In this document: positions 1 through 9,450 of the stretch, piece by piece
How positions within the stretch are numbered: the first letter of the stretch is position 1
Layout: each line of letters opens with the position of its first letter
Assembly: GCA_963798085.1 (NCBI GenBank)
Contig: CAWCRS010000008.1
Location: forward strand, 480,001-544,000
DNA from: an uncultured Gemmatimonadales bacterium
GTDB taxonomy: Bacteria; Gemmatimonadota; Gemmatimonadetes; Longimicrobiales; RSA9
Direction of reading: 5' to 3'
DNA: 64,000 nt
The notes under the pieces: model-generated
The model's input: only the letters and a program-made list of their open reading frames with translations
The model's database searches: none
What the model was told of the DNA's origin: nothing
Translations under genes and position numbers: made by a program

Positions 1-1
1 G

Positions 2-718
2 CTGCCAGTCGGCTGGCACTGGCTGTATTTCAAGCCGGTGGCGCGACAATCGGAGCTGGGTGATGACGGGCACGCGCGCCGCGGGGGATTGCTGCCGCCC
101 GTGCAGCTGCCGCGTCGCATGTGGGCCGGCGGGCAGTTGCGCGTTCTTCAGCCGTTGCGCCTGGGCAATGCGGTCACGCGCGTGTCGACCGTGCGTGATG
201 TCGCCAGCAAGCGGGGGCGCAGCGGCGAACTGGTGTTCGTGAGCGTGCAGCACATCGTGTCCGGAGGCAACGGGCCCGCGTGCGACGAACGGCAGGACAT
301 CGTATACCGCGAGGGCATGCGTCCCGGCGAACCGCCTCCCGGCGCGGAACTGCTCAAGCAGAAAGCCGACTGGTGCGACGAATTCCGCACGGACAGTGTC
401 GCGCTGTTCCGCTTCTCCGCCCTGACGTTCAACGGCCATCGCATCCACTACGACCAGCGCTGGGCCAGGGACGTCGAAGGGTATCCTGACCTCGTGGTGC
501 ACGCGCCACTGCTGGCGCTGCTGCTGCTGGACGCGGCATCCCGCCACGGCGACGGGCGGGTGGTGTCCGGCTTCGAGTATCGCGCGCTGGCGCCGTTGTT
601 CAGCGGGCAGACCGTCCTTCTGCAGGGCGCAGCCATAGACCGGACGCAGACACAAGTCTGGGCCACATCGCCGGCTGGCGGCATTGCTCTGGGTGGGGTG
701 GTGGAATGGGGTGCCTAG
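2..718 (+). CDS. MaoC/HTD2-like hot-dog-fold hydratase (mesaconyl-C4-CoA hydratase / FAS1 dehydratase-like), 5'-truncated by window edge
   Basis: Frame is open from base 2 (LPVGWHWLYF...). Motifs PRRMWAGG, ERQDIVYR and LFRFSALTFNGHRIHYD...EGYPDLVVHAPL are typical of this family. Confidence 0.85.
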   Translation: MPVGWHWLYFKPVARQSELGDDGHARRGGLLPPVQLPRRMWAGGQLRVLQPLRLGNAVTRVSTVRDVASKRGRSGELVFVSVQHIVSGGNGPACDERQDIVYREGMRPGEPPPGAELLKQKADWCDEFRTDSVALFRFSALTFNGHRIHYDQRWARDVEGYPDLVVHAPLLALLLLDAASRHGDGRVVSGFEYRALAPLFSGQTVLLQGAAIDRTQTQVWATSPAGGIALGGVVEWGA

Positions 719-722
719 GGCC

Positions 723-1002
723 CGGACCGTCTTGGCGTTCTTGGGTTATGGCTCGTCCGGGCATGCAACGCCAGCTCGGATGAACGATAAGTTAGGGCCG
801 GAACGCGTGTGCAACATGGCCGAACCGGCCGACAACATGAGCTCGAGGGCCAGGTCAGGCGTTTGATCGGCGGCGGCTGGCCTGGAGCTGCGGGTCGCCG
901 CGCCATCGAGACATGACGGCATGCCATACGCCGGCTCGGCTCTTTCGCGTGGGACGACCGCATGCGTCCAGCGGACAAACCCAAGAACGCCAAGACGGTC
1001 CG
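723..1002. mobile_element. MITE/REP-doublet-like element, family A, copy 1
   Basis: Perfect 25-bp inverted repeat: CGGACCGTCTTGGCGTTCTTGGGTT at 723-747 and its reverse complement at 978-1002. It lies between convergent genes. Confidence 0.7.
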
Positions 1003-1100
1003 AGCGCCCTTGCCGCCTGCCAGCGCTCCGCCCAGCCGTCGTAGACCGACTGGGTCAGCCCTCGGTCGAACGAGCGTTGGCGGCGTTCCGGGACGCGGGG

Positions 1101-3335
1101 TCAGCCACCATCCGCGGCGGCCGCGCCCTTCTCTCCCTTCAGCCAGTACGAGAACCACTGGCGCAGCCGCGACAACCGGTCGACCAGGAGCCACGGTTCG
1201 CCGGTGCGCGAGAGGTCGTGCGTGGAGCGCGGGTAGCGCACGAACTCGACCGGAACGCCGCGCTTCTGCAGCGCCACGAACCACTCCTCGGCGTTGCCGA
1301 TGCGCGTGCGGAAATCCTCTTCCGACTGCACCAGCAGAGTGGGCGTCTGCACTCTGTCGACGTGGCGGATGGGCGACAGGTCGTCGTATAACTTCCAGTT
1401 ATCCCAGGGCTTGCCGTAGAACTCGAACTCGGTCAGTCCCTGGGCGTCGCTGGCGCCGTACCAGTAGCCCCAGTCACTGATCATGCGGTCCGCCTCCGCA
1501 GCCTTGAAGCGATTCGTCCTGGTTGTCACCCACGCGGTCATGAAGCCGCCGTACGAACCGCCCGTCACGCCCATGTGCGTCGAATCGACGTCGGGCCGCT
1601 TCGCGACGATGTCGACTGCCTTCATCAGGTCCTCGTAATCCTCCATGCCCCAGCGCCCGCGCGTCGAATAGGTGAACGGTCCGCCGTAGCCGCTCGAGCC
1701 GCGCGGGTTCGTGTACAGCACCCACATGCCGGCGCCGGCAATGCTCTGGAACTCGTCGAACCAGTTCTCACCGTACGCGGAGTGCGGACCGCCATGGATA
1801 TAGAGCACGAGCGGATACTTGCGGCCCGCCTGATAGCCGTACGGCTTCATGAGCCACGCCTCGATTTCCAGTCCGCCCACTGACTTGTACGTGAAGCGCT
1901 CGGCATCGGAGAATGCGACTTCGCCGTTCAGCCGGTCGTTGAAGTGCGTGAGCTGCCGCTCGTTCCGGCCGTCGATGCCGGCGATGAACAGTTCCGTGGG
2001 GCGGGGAACACTGGTGGCGACGAAGGCGACCTTCGTGTGTGCGTCGTCATACGTCGTGCCGTTGATCTGCCGCCGGCCGCCTAACACTTCAGTCAGGCTG
2101 CCATCGCGCGTGGAGACGCGGAACAGTGCGCCGCGGCCGCCGATGTCGGCGTTCATCATGAGGTCGCCATCCGGCAGGAACTCGAACGGCCCGGGCTCGT
2201 AGGGCCAGCTGTCCGCCAGCAGGCTGCGTGGCTGTCCGCCCGCCACATCGACGACGTACAGCCGGGCCAATGCGGTGCGCTTCGCGCGATTGGTGAAGGC
2301 GATGCGCCTGCCGTCCGGCGACCACACCAGACTCCCCTCACTCCCCAGACCCGTGGTCAGGCGGCGCGGCGTACCGCCCGCGGCGGCCACCACGAAGAGG
2401 TCGGCGTCGTTGCGGTCCGCCTCGTCGCGCTTCGCGTCGTAGGGCAGCTTCGCGATCGAGTCGCGCTCTTCCTGCACCACCGAATCGGAGCGCAGCTGCG
2501 GGTCCGCCGTGAACGCGATCCACTGTCCGTCCGGCGAGATCTGGGCATCGCGGTGCGAGTACGAGGTATCGGTGAGGCGCTTGCGGGCCGTGTCGCCCAC
2601 CATCTGTGTCCACAGCTGAGCCGGGCGGAAACGCCGGGCCTCGCGCGGATTCACCAGATAGCCGCGCCCGTTTGCCGACAGAGGCAGCTCCGTGTACTGC
2701 CGGCCATCGAACCGGTGCGGGTCGAGCGGCTGCGTAATGGCGCCGTAGGGCGGGCGCGACTGCGCCGGCATGGCGCCAAACGGATCGTTAGCGTTGCCAC
2801 GCGCGCCCTGCGGCCCGTCCTCGCCGCCACGACCACCGCCCCGGCCACCGCGGCCGCCGCGGCCACCGGTATCGTCTGCACCGCCATCACGGGGCGCCGT
2901 GAATACCACCATGTGATGGTCCGCGGTCATGGCGCCATTCGGGTAATCGTTGATCTGCACCGCCTCGCCCGAGGGCTGATCCATGCGCAGCGCCCATGTG
3001 TTGCCGCGGCCGCCCGGCCGGTTGGACGTGAAGAACAGATACTTGCCATCGAAGGACCAGCGCGGGTTCGAGCTCTCCGTGCCGGGCGACGTGTAGCGCA
3101 CGGGCTCGCCACCCGACGCGGGCACCACCCACACCTCGGAGTGACGCGCGTTCTCCGACTCGCGCACGGTCGTCACCGTGAACGCGACCAGTCGCCCATC
3201 CGGCGACATGGCAGGCGCGCTCAGCGTCGTCAGCCTGTACCAGTCGCCGGGCGTGAACGCGCGCGGCCCTTCCTGCGCGAGCGCAGGCGATGCCATGAGA
3301 ACCAGGATGGCGAACGAGATCGTGATTCTGCGCAT
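1101..3335 (-). CDS. S9 family peptidase (acylaminoacyl/dipeptidyl peptidase) with PD40 beta-propeller, secreted
   Basis: Signal peptide, SPDG/PD40 repeats, IHGGPH, NPRGSSGYG, nucleophile GGSYGG, and C-terminal EDFR and H. Confidence 0.93.
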   Translation of the reverse strand: MRRITISFAILVLMASPALAQEGPRAFTPGDWYRLTTLSAPAMSPDGRLVAFTVTTVRESENARHSEVWVVPASGGEPVRYTSPGTESSNPRWSFDGKYLFFTSNRPGGRGNTWALRMDQPSGEAVQINDYPNGAMTADHHMVVFTAPRDGGADDTGGRGGRGGRGGGRGGEDGPQGARGNANDPFGAMPAQSRPPYGAITQPLDPHRFDGRQYTELPLSANGRGYLVNPREARRFRPAQLWTQMVGDTARKRLTDTSYSHRDAQISPDGQWIAFTADPQLRSDSVVQEERDSIAKLPYDAKRDEADRNDADLFVVAAAGGTPRRLTTGLGSEGSLVWSPDGRRIAFTNRAKRTALARLYVVDVAGGQPRSLLADSWPYEPGPFEFLPDGDLMMNADIGGRGALFRVSTRDGSLTEVLGGRRQINGTTYDDAHTKVAFVATSVPRPTELFIAGIDGRNERQLTHFNDRLNGEVAFSDAERFTYKSVGGLEIEAWLMKPYGYQAGRKYPLVLYIHGGPHSAYGENWFDEFQSIAGAGMWVLYTNPRGSSGYGGPFTYSTRGRWGMEDYEDLMKAVDIVAKRPDVDSTHMGVTGGSYGGFMTAWVTTRTNRFKAAEADRMISDWGYWYGASDAQGLTEFEFYGKPWDNWKLYDDLSPIRHVDRVQTPTLLVQSEEDFRTRIGNAEEWFVALQKRGVPVEFVRYPRSTHDLSRTGEPWLLVDRLSRLRQWFSYWLKGEKGAAAADGG

Positions 3336-3461
3336 GGATGACTCCGGCGCTGGTCGACGGATTCGGGTTGATGCGGGAAGCCGGCCCGGTCTGCCCGTTG
3401 CCGGAAATATGCGCGCTCGTGGCCGAGCGTCAAATCGGCGCCCCGGCCGGGCAATTCGGCG

Positions 3462-4799
3462 CTAGCGGGGCGCCACGGCCGACCGTGTGAGCCGCCACAT
3501 CTGCACCGCCGCCTCGCCCGAGACCAGCGCGCCCTCTACTGTGCCCGGCGGTTTCGCCGTGGCCGTCGCCTCACCCGCGAAGAACAGCGTGTCAGACACC
3601 GGCTGGTTGAGCGCTGCGGGTGCGCCCTCGCCGCCCACGAGCGCCCAGGCGTACGCGCCCCGCGTGTACGGGTCCATCAGCCAGTCGTGCACCCATGCGT
3701 GCACGAACAGGGAATCGAGGCGACGCTTCGGGATCCCGGTTTCCTGCGCCAGCTCGTCCAGGACTGTGCGCACAATGGCGTCGTGCGGGAGCGCGAGCAG
3801 TTCACCCGCGGGCGGGCCGCCCGACCACGCGACGAGCAGCGGCGCGCGTACCGGGTATTGCGTCCACCACACGTTGCAGCGGCTGCGTGGCGTGTACAGG
3901 AGGTGCGCGCGCTCCAGCGTAACACGCGTGTTATCCGGTGCTGCGCGCAGCTCTGCTTCCCAGAACAGCTCCCGGAACAGACAGGCGACCCGCACCGCCA
4001 CGCCGGGCGCGAGCCGTTCCACTGCGGTGCGCATGGAGGGCGGGTCCGGATCGAAGGCGACGCCGCCCGTTTCATGCGCCGGCGTTTGCAGCACACCGAC
4101 CGGCAGCGTCACGATCGCGGCGTCCGCCTCGAGCGGATTCGTCTCGCCTGCGATGGTCACGCGGACCCGACCGCGCTCCCACGCGATGCGCGTCACCACG
4201 GCGCGCAGACGAAGCGCTTCCGCCACATTGCGTGCAATGTGCTCGAGCAGTGGCGTGTATCCGGAAAGCGGCCGACCCGCGCGCCCGATCGTATCGTTGT
4301 GGGCTGGATCGCCCAGCGCGGCGAGTCCGCGCGTCCCGATGCGCGCGGAATCCGCGCCATAGAACCCTTCCACGAAGCGGCGGGCGAGCGTACGGTCCTC
4401 CGGCGTCACATCCGGCGGCAGTGCGGAAAGAAACGCGGCGAACGGGCGGTCCGGTGCGTCGCCTTCCAGCTGTTCCATCACGTAGCCAACGCGACCGAAG
4501 GCTGCTTCGGCGCGACCCAGCTCACCGTTCTGCGCCCGCCACTGCTCGCCACCTGCGTCGTAATCGGCGAGCCCGGCCTCGAGCAACAGACGACGCGTGA
4601 CCGGCGCGCGGCCGTGAATGAATTCCGCACCCAGCTCGACAGGTACGGGTGAGCGGGCGTCATGCAGCGTGTGCGCGCGTCCGCCCACGCGATCCCTGGC
4701 CTCGAGCACCAGGAAGCGGGCGCCCTCCTGCTTCAGCGCGCGCGCCGCGGCCAGACCCGCTGCGCCGGCGCCCACCACGATCACATCGTACGCGTCCAC
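3462..4799 (-). CDS. Flavin-containing amine oxidase family oxidoreductase
   Basis: GAGAAGLAAA dinucleotide fold, LEARDRVGGR, ELGAEFIHG, DPYTRGAY and FFAGEAT...GTVEGALVSG. Start placed at GTG 4799. Confidence 0.9.
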   Translation of the reverse strand: MDAYDVIVVGAGAAGLAAARALKQEGARFLVLEARDRVGGRAHTLHDARSPVPVELGAEFIHGRAPVTRRLLLEAGLADYDAGGEQWRAQNGELGRAEAAFGRVGYVMEQLEGDAPDRPFAAFLSALPPDVTPEDRTLARRFVEGFYGADSARIGTRGLAALGDPAHNDTIGRAGRPLSGYTPLLEHIARNVAEALRLRAVVTRIAWERGRVRVTIAGETNPLEADAAIVTLPVGVLQTPAHETGGVAFDPDPPSMRTAVERLAPGVAVRVACLFRELFWEAELRAAPDNTRVTLERAHLLYTPRSRCNVWWTQYPVRAPLLVAWSGGPPAGELLALPHDAIVRTVLDELAQETGIPKRRLDSLFVHAWVHDWLMDPYTRGAYAWALVGGEGAPAALNQPVSDTLFFAGEATATAKPPGTVEGALVSGEAAVQMWRLTRSAVAPR

Positions 4800-4824
4800 G
4801 CGTCGTCCGCAGAGCCGCGGCGTG

Positions 4825-6051
4825 CTAGCCGGCGTCAGGCTTGTGGAGTGCGTACACACGCACGTGCTCGACATCCTCATCGTCGAGGAATACGCCCGCC
4901 ACATGGTCCTCACCGATCTCGCGCACCATGAACCACGCGGGCGTCTCGACCGTGCCCAGCCAGCGGCCACCCGGGTCGAACACGCTCCAGTGTGCAGGCT
5001 GATCCACGGGCGCCGCGCGGAACATCGTGCGATTCACGGCGTGCGGCAGATCGGTGTCCATCACCCACACGTTGCGCGCGGCATCCACAAGGACATCGAG
5101 GTACGCGGGCAGGTAATCCGCGAAGACTGCTTCGCGGTACTGCTTCTCCATCGCGGCGCGCGCCTGAGACGAGAGCGAGCGGCCCGGGCGCGGCGTCAGC
5201 AGCGCATCGTGGAACGCATCCTTGTACAAGAGGCGCACGGGCGACCTCGCCCACTTGCGCCGGATCACCGTGTGCAGTGCGCCGCCCTCGCCGTAGCGCC
5301 GTAATTCGTAGTTATCGCCGAACCCGACGACCACCTCGCTGTCCGCAGCGGCAACGGAGGCCAGCGGCCCGTACACCATGGGCGCGGCCGGCTGCCCTGG
5401 CGCGATGACCAGGAAAGGCGATTCAGCGATGCTGTTGAGCACGCCCCCTGCGCGCGACACGCGCACAATCTTCATGCTGACGCGCAGGGGCCGCGTGGGT
5501 GCTCTGGGCGGGGGCTGGCCGAATGCCGGATCCGAACTGGCCACCAGCGTACCGTCCCTGAGGAAGCCGTGAAAATCGGCGACGTCCACACCCGCTGAAG
5601 GCTTGAACTCGAACGCGCGCAGCAGACTGCCGTCGGGGGCGAAGAACTGTCCGTGATTGAAGGTGTCGATCACGAGCAGTGTGTCGCCCGGACCGCTCAG
5701 CAGGATGAGGTTGTGGCGGAACTCGCCCGGGCCCTGACCGCGACGGCCGACCGTGCGCACGACAGCGCCATTCTCGTCGAAGAAACGCAGCTGCATCGAG
5801 CCCATGTCCGCGGTCACCAGGCCGCCATCGCTCAACAGGTGCACACCGCCCACGCCGTCGAACTGGTAGGCGGGCAGGCCATCCGCGCGGCCGATATCGA
5901 TCCCGGGCGTGTCGGCCACGGTCCATGCCTCGCGGTCCTTCCACAGCGGTTTGTCATTCTCGACGATGCGTACGCCGGCGCTGTCGCGCACGGTCTGCGC
6001 GGCCGCGGGAGCGGCCAGCGTCAGCAGCACTAACAGAGATGTTCGCAGCAT
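4825..6051 (-). CDS. Secreted 6-bladed beta-propeller (NHL-like) protein
   Basis: Signal peptide and the GRRGQGPGEF motif. C-terminal WSVFDPGGRWLGTV...DVEHVRVY is typical of this expanded family. Confidence 0.75.
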   Translation of the reverse strand: MLRTSLLVLLTLAAPAAAQTVRDSAGVRIVENDKPLWKDREAWTVADTPGIDIGRADGLPAYQFDGVGGVHLLSDGGLVTADMGSMQLRFFDENGAVVRTVGRRGQGPGEFRHNLILLSGPGDTLLVIDTFNHGQFFAPDGSLLRAFEFKPSAGVDVADFHGFLRDGTLVASSDPAFGQPPPRAPTRPLRVSMKIVRVSRAGGVLNSIAESPFLVIAPGQPAAPMVYGPLASVAAADSEVVVGFGDNYELRRYGEGGALHTVIRRKWARSPVRLLYKDAFHDALLTPRPGRSLSSQARAAMEKQYREAVFADYLPAYLDVLVDAARNVWVMDTDLPHAVNRTMFRAAPVDQPAHWSVFDPGGRWLGTVETPAWFMVREIGEDHVAGVFLDDEDVEHVRVYALHKPDAG

Positions 6052-6078
6052 GTCCGCGGCCTCCTCTGCGTTTCCGTC

Positions 6079-6528
6079 TCAGCGGTGCGTGCTCACGGTC
6101 ACGTGCTTGCCCATCGACATGTCCCAGTACGCTTCCGCGTTGCGGGGCATTCGGAACGAATCACTGGTCACTTCGGTGCCCGCCCCCAGCGCGTGGATGC
6201 GATAGCGGCCGGGATCACCGGTCCAGGGAAAGCCAACGGTGCGACCCGGCTCCACCGTGCCCAGCAGCGTCTCGACACCGACGTCAGGCGACATGTAGAT
6301 GGTGAGCACGCTGTTGCCCGCGCCCAGGTTCGCAACGCGCACGACGGATCCGCTGGGGCCGCTGCGGCCGCCGCCGCCGCCACCACCGGTCCCGGACATG
6401 GCCCCCCCTGCGCCGCCGCCGCCGGTCCCGCCCTCGCCTCGTCCACCACCGGCGCCGCCGCTGGCGCAGGCGAGGGACAGGCCGACAATGAGGCTGCAGG
6501 CGAAACTGAACGTGCGCTTGCGTAGCAT
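6079..6528 (-). CDS. Hypothetical lipoprotein with Gly-rich linker
   Basis: MLRKR..LIVGLSLAC lipobox, a poly-Gly tract, then a small beta-rich domain. Confidence 0.65.
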   Translation of the reverse strand: MLRKRTFSFACSLIVGLSLACASGGAGGGRGEGGTGGGGAGGAMSGTGGGGGGGRSGPSGSVVRVANLGAGNSVLTIYMSPDVGVETLLGTVEPGRTVGFPWTGDPGRYRIHALGAGTEVTSDSFRMPRNAEAYWDMSMGKHVTVSTHR

Positions 6529-6595
6529 GCGGGCTCTCCGGTATCGGATGACGGGCGACGTCACTCGGATTTTCACTCTGATGGAACCAGCGCTG

Positions 6596-8080
6596 CTAAC
6601 CGTCTGTTCCAAAACGCCGGCGCAGGGCGGTCAGCAGCTTGCCGTGCACACCGCCGAAACCGCCGTTCGACATGATCAGCACGATATCGCCGGGGCGGGC
6701 CGCGCCCGCGAGTGTGGCGGCGATCACGTCCGGTTCGACGATATGCTGCGCGGGAATGCCGGCCGCCTGCCACGCATTCACGAGCGCATGCGGGTCCAGC
6801 GCCGTATCGCGCGTGTACCGCTCGGGATGGAAGAGGCCGGCAATCACCACTTCGTCCGCCCCGCCCAATGCCTGCCGGTAGTCTTCCTGGAATTCGCGCC
6901 GCTGCGCCGTGTAGCTGCGCGGCTCGAACACGGCGACCAGTCGCCGGCCGGGATAACGCTGGCGCGTGGCGCGAATCGTCTCACGCACCGCAGTCGGATG
7001 GTGCGCGAAGTCGTCCACCACCGTGATGTCGTGCACCGTGCCACGCACTTCCATGCGGCGTCGCACGCTGCGGAAGCTGCGCAGTCCTTCCCGGATGCGC
7101 TCCGCGTCGGCGCCCGTCGCCGTGGCCGCGGCGATGGTCGCCAGCACATTGCGCACGTTGAACGCGCCCGCCAGCGGCGTCTCCACGGCGCCCCACAGCT
7201 GTCCTTCGCGGAGTACCGTGAAGGTGGTCTGCTCCGCGCCGAAGTGCGCATCCACAGCGGTCCACATGGCAGGCGACGACGTGTCCGCGGCTTCGCCGTC
7301 CCGTTTCCCAGCGCGCGCGGCGCTGGACGACCCGTCGTCGCCTGCACCCTCCGGGAACGCGAACGAGGCGACTGGCGCGAACGAAGCCGGAGCCAGCGAG
7401 CGCACCGCGGGCGAATCCCAGCCGGCCACCAGCGTCCCCCGCGACGGGATCAGGTTGATGAATCGCGAGAAGGCCCAGCGGTACGCGGTCTCGTCCCGGT
7501 AGATGTCAGCGTGGTCAAACTCGATGTTATTGACGATGGCCGTGTCCGGCAGGTAGTGCCACATCTTGGGGCCCTTGTCGAAATACGCCGTGTCGTACTC
7601 GTCGGCTTCGATCACGAAATGGCGCGAATCCGTCAGCCGGAACGAGGTCCCGAAATTCTCCGCGACACCGCCCACCAGGAAGCAGGGATTGAAGCCCGCC
7701 ACCTCGAGCACCCACGCGAGCAGCGACGTGGTGGTGGTCTTGCCATGCGTCCCCGCTACCGGCAGGGAATGACGGCCGCGCAGGAATTCCTCCTTGAGCG
7801 TGGCCGCGGCGGAGGTGTAGCGCAGCTTCTCGTTGAGCAGCCATTCCAGTTCGGGATTGCCGCGCGAGATGGCGTTGCCCACCACCACGATGTCCGGGCG
7901 AGGTTGCAGGTTCCGGGGGTGGTAGCCTTCGCGGACCTCGATGCCGAGCCCCGCCAGCAGGTCGGACATGGGCGGATAGACGCCCTCGTCCGAACCGGAG
8001 ACGCGGTGCCCCGCGGCCTGCAGCAGCCCGGCGAGCGCCGCCATGGCGGTCCCGCCAATGCCAATGAGGTGGTAGTGCAT
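6596..8080 (-). CDS. mpl: UDP-MurNAc:L-Ala-gamma-D-Glu-mDAP ligase (murein peptide ligase)
   Basis: HLIGIGGTAM, GSDEGVYPPMS, GNAISRGNPE, AGTHGKTTT, EADEYDTAYFDK, NNIEFDHADIY, DDFAHHPTA, FEPRS and MSNGGFGG. Confidence 0.93.
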   Translation of the reverse strand: MHYHLIGIGGTAMAALAGLLQAAGHRVSGSDEGVYPPMSDLLAGLGIEVREGYHPRNLQPRPDIVVVGNAISRGNPELEWLLNEKLRYTSAAATLKEEFLRGRHSLPVAGTHGKTTTTSLLAWVLEVAGFNPCFLVGGVAENFGTSFRLTDSRHFVIEADEYDTAYFDKGPKMWHYLPDTAIVNNIEFDHADIYRDETAYRWAFSRFINLIPSRGTLVAGWDSPAVRSLAPASFAPVASFAFPEGAGDDGSSSAARAGKRDGEAADTSSPAMWTAVDAHFGAEQTTFTVLREGQLWGAVETPLAGAFNVRNVLATIAAATATGADAERIREGLRSFRSVRRRMEVRGTVHDITVVDDFAHHPTAVRETIRATRQRYPGRRLVAVFEPRSYTAQRREFQEDYRQALGGADEVVIAGLFHPERYTRDTALDPHALVNAWQAAGIPAQHIVEPDVIAATLAGAARPGDIVLIMSNGGFGGVHGKLLTALRRRFGTDG

Positions 8081-8096
8081 GGGGATGTGGTACCAC

Positions 8097-8405
8097 CGGA
8101 CCGTCTTTGCGTTCTTGGGTTCGGCCCCAGGAACTATCGCGGGACGAACCCAGCGCACGCATTCTGGCTGGAGCGGCTCCGGCCGCTATCGCGATGCCCC
8201 GTCCGGTCCGCAGAATTGCCGGCACCGTTCCGCGTGAGGCGGCGAGCATGCGTTGTCGGGTTGCACGCATGATCGAACGAGACAGTCGTGAACCCGGGCC
8301 GTGCCCGCCTGGGTTCCGCGTCGGCTGAAGTAGCCGCAATCATGTCGGTTTGGGGGCGTTCAGATTGCGGAACCGGCCATAACCCAAGAACGCCAAGACG
8401 GTCCG
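8097..8405. mobile_element. MITE/REP-doublet-like element, family A, copy 2
   Basis: Same 25-bp terminal repeat as 723-1002: 8097-8121 (1 mismatch) and 8381-8405 (perfect, inverted). Bases 8376-8405 are the exact reverse complement of 723-752. Confidence 0.7.
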
Positions 8406-8528
8406 AAGACGATTGTGGACGTAGTCCACCACCCTTTTTAGTTTATGTGCCTTGCCACCAGCAACCTGACGCGGCGGCACGGGGCGACGACGACCCGTCC
8501 GGATTCCACCAGGATACGCGGGAGGATC

Positions 8529-8720
8529 ATGATCGAGATCGAGATCAACGACGGTGACCGTATCGAGTGGGCGCTGAAGCAGTTCCGGCGGAAGATGCTG
8601 CGATCGGGTCTCTTCAAGGACATGAAGAGGAAGCGGTTTTACGAAAAGCCCAGCGAGGCGAGAAAGCGGAAGGCCGCGGATGCGCGGCGCCGCAGCCTGC
8701 GCGCGCGACGGCGGCGCTAG
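8529..8720 (+). CDS. rpsU: 30S ribosomal protein bS21
   Basis: IEWALKQFRRKMLRSGLFKDMKRKRFYEKPSEARKRK, with GGAGG at 8521-8525. Confidence 0.93.
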   Translation: MIEIEINDGDRIEWALKQFRRKMLRSGLFKDMKRKRFYEKPSEARKRKAADARRRSLRARRRR

Positions 8721-9194
8721 CATCCGGTTCCACACCGAGCTCTCCACGGCAATTCCGGCACAGGGCGGCGATTCCGGATCTGGCGCGACCGGGTCGCGCG
8801 GGACCGCGCCGCCCGTGAGGCGGACACCCACGGGCTCCCGTCCCGCCGGCAGCCCGATAACGGCGATGCCGCAGTAGAGACGCAATCACGACCGCGCCCG
8901 TGCGCGGCCGCCTGCTGGTGTGCGCTCGACTCTCGCCACGCTGCCAAAGCGTAATGCAGCGAACCGGTCCACAACCAACGACCTGCGGCGAGGGCTCGGG
9001 CAGATTGCGCGGGTGTTCCGTCGTGTCGCCCTCCCGCTCACCGCAGCCGTCACCGTGTGCAAGAACTCCTGCACCCCAAACCGGCGGCCTCCTCTTCGAC
9101 TTTGGCGTTCTTGGCGCGACGTGGGTGGGGCGGCCATGCCGGCGGCATCGCAGCCGCGCTGCTTTCGCTCATTCCGTCGAATGTCGCTGCGTCC

Positions 9195-9402
9195 AGCTCT
9201 CCGAACGCATCGTCGATCCCTTCTGGCAGGCGGAGCAGAGCACGACCCGGCGTTTCGGTGGGCGGGCATCGGCCTTGGCGTGGCGCGCGGCCTGGCTCGT
9301 CAGCTCGGCGGCGACCTGACCGGGCAGAGCGCGCCCGACCAGGGCAGCAGGTTCACCCTGCGCATCCCGGCCCGCTTCGAATCGGTCCCGCCCAAGGCCT
9401 GA
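9195..9402 (+). pseudogene. Remnant of a histidine kinase HATPase C-terminus
   Basis: ERIVDPFWQAEQSTTRRFGG in one frame continues, after a shift near 9260, as AGIGLGVARGLARQLGGDL...DQGSRFTLRIP*. No H-box or N-box is found upstream. Confidence 0.75.
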
Positions 9403-9450
9403 GCCTGGCGCGCCGATAATTCTTTCGGACACAGCCAACAGGACGACCTG

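Noticed and set aside
2800..2890. RGG/Gly-rich tract in the S9 peptidase (similar tract at ~6365-6460)
   Set aside because: Low-complexity linkers in exported proteins, with no evidence of a separate function.
6299..8272. Long antisense ORFs (e.g. 657 aa here, also 28086-30317 and 41756-43717)
   Set aside because: These are mirror frames of well-supported genes, expected in high-GC DNA, and contain no recognisable motifs.
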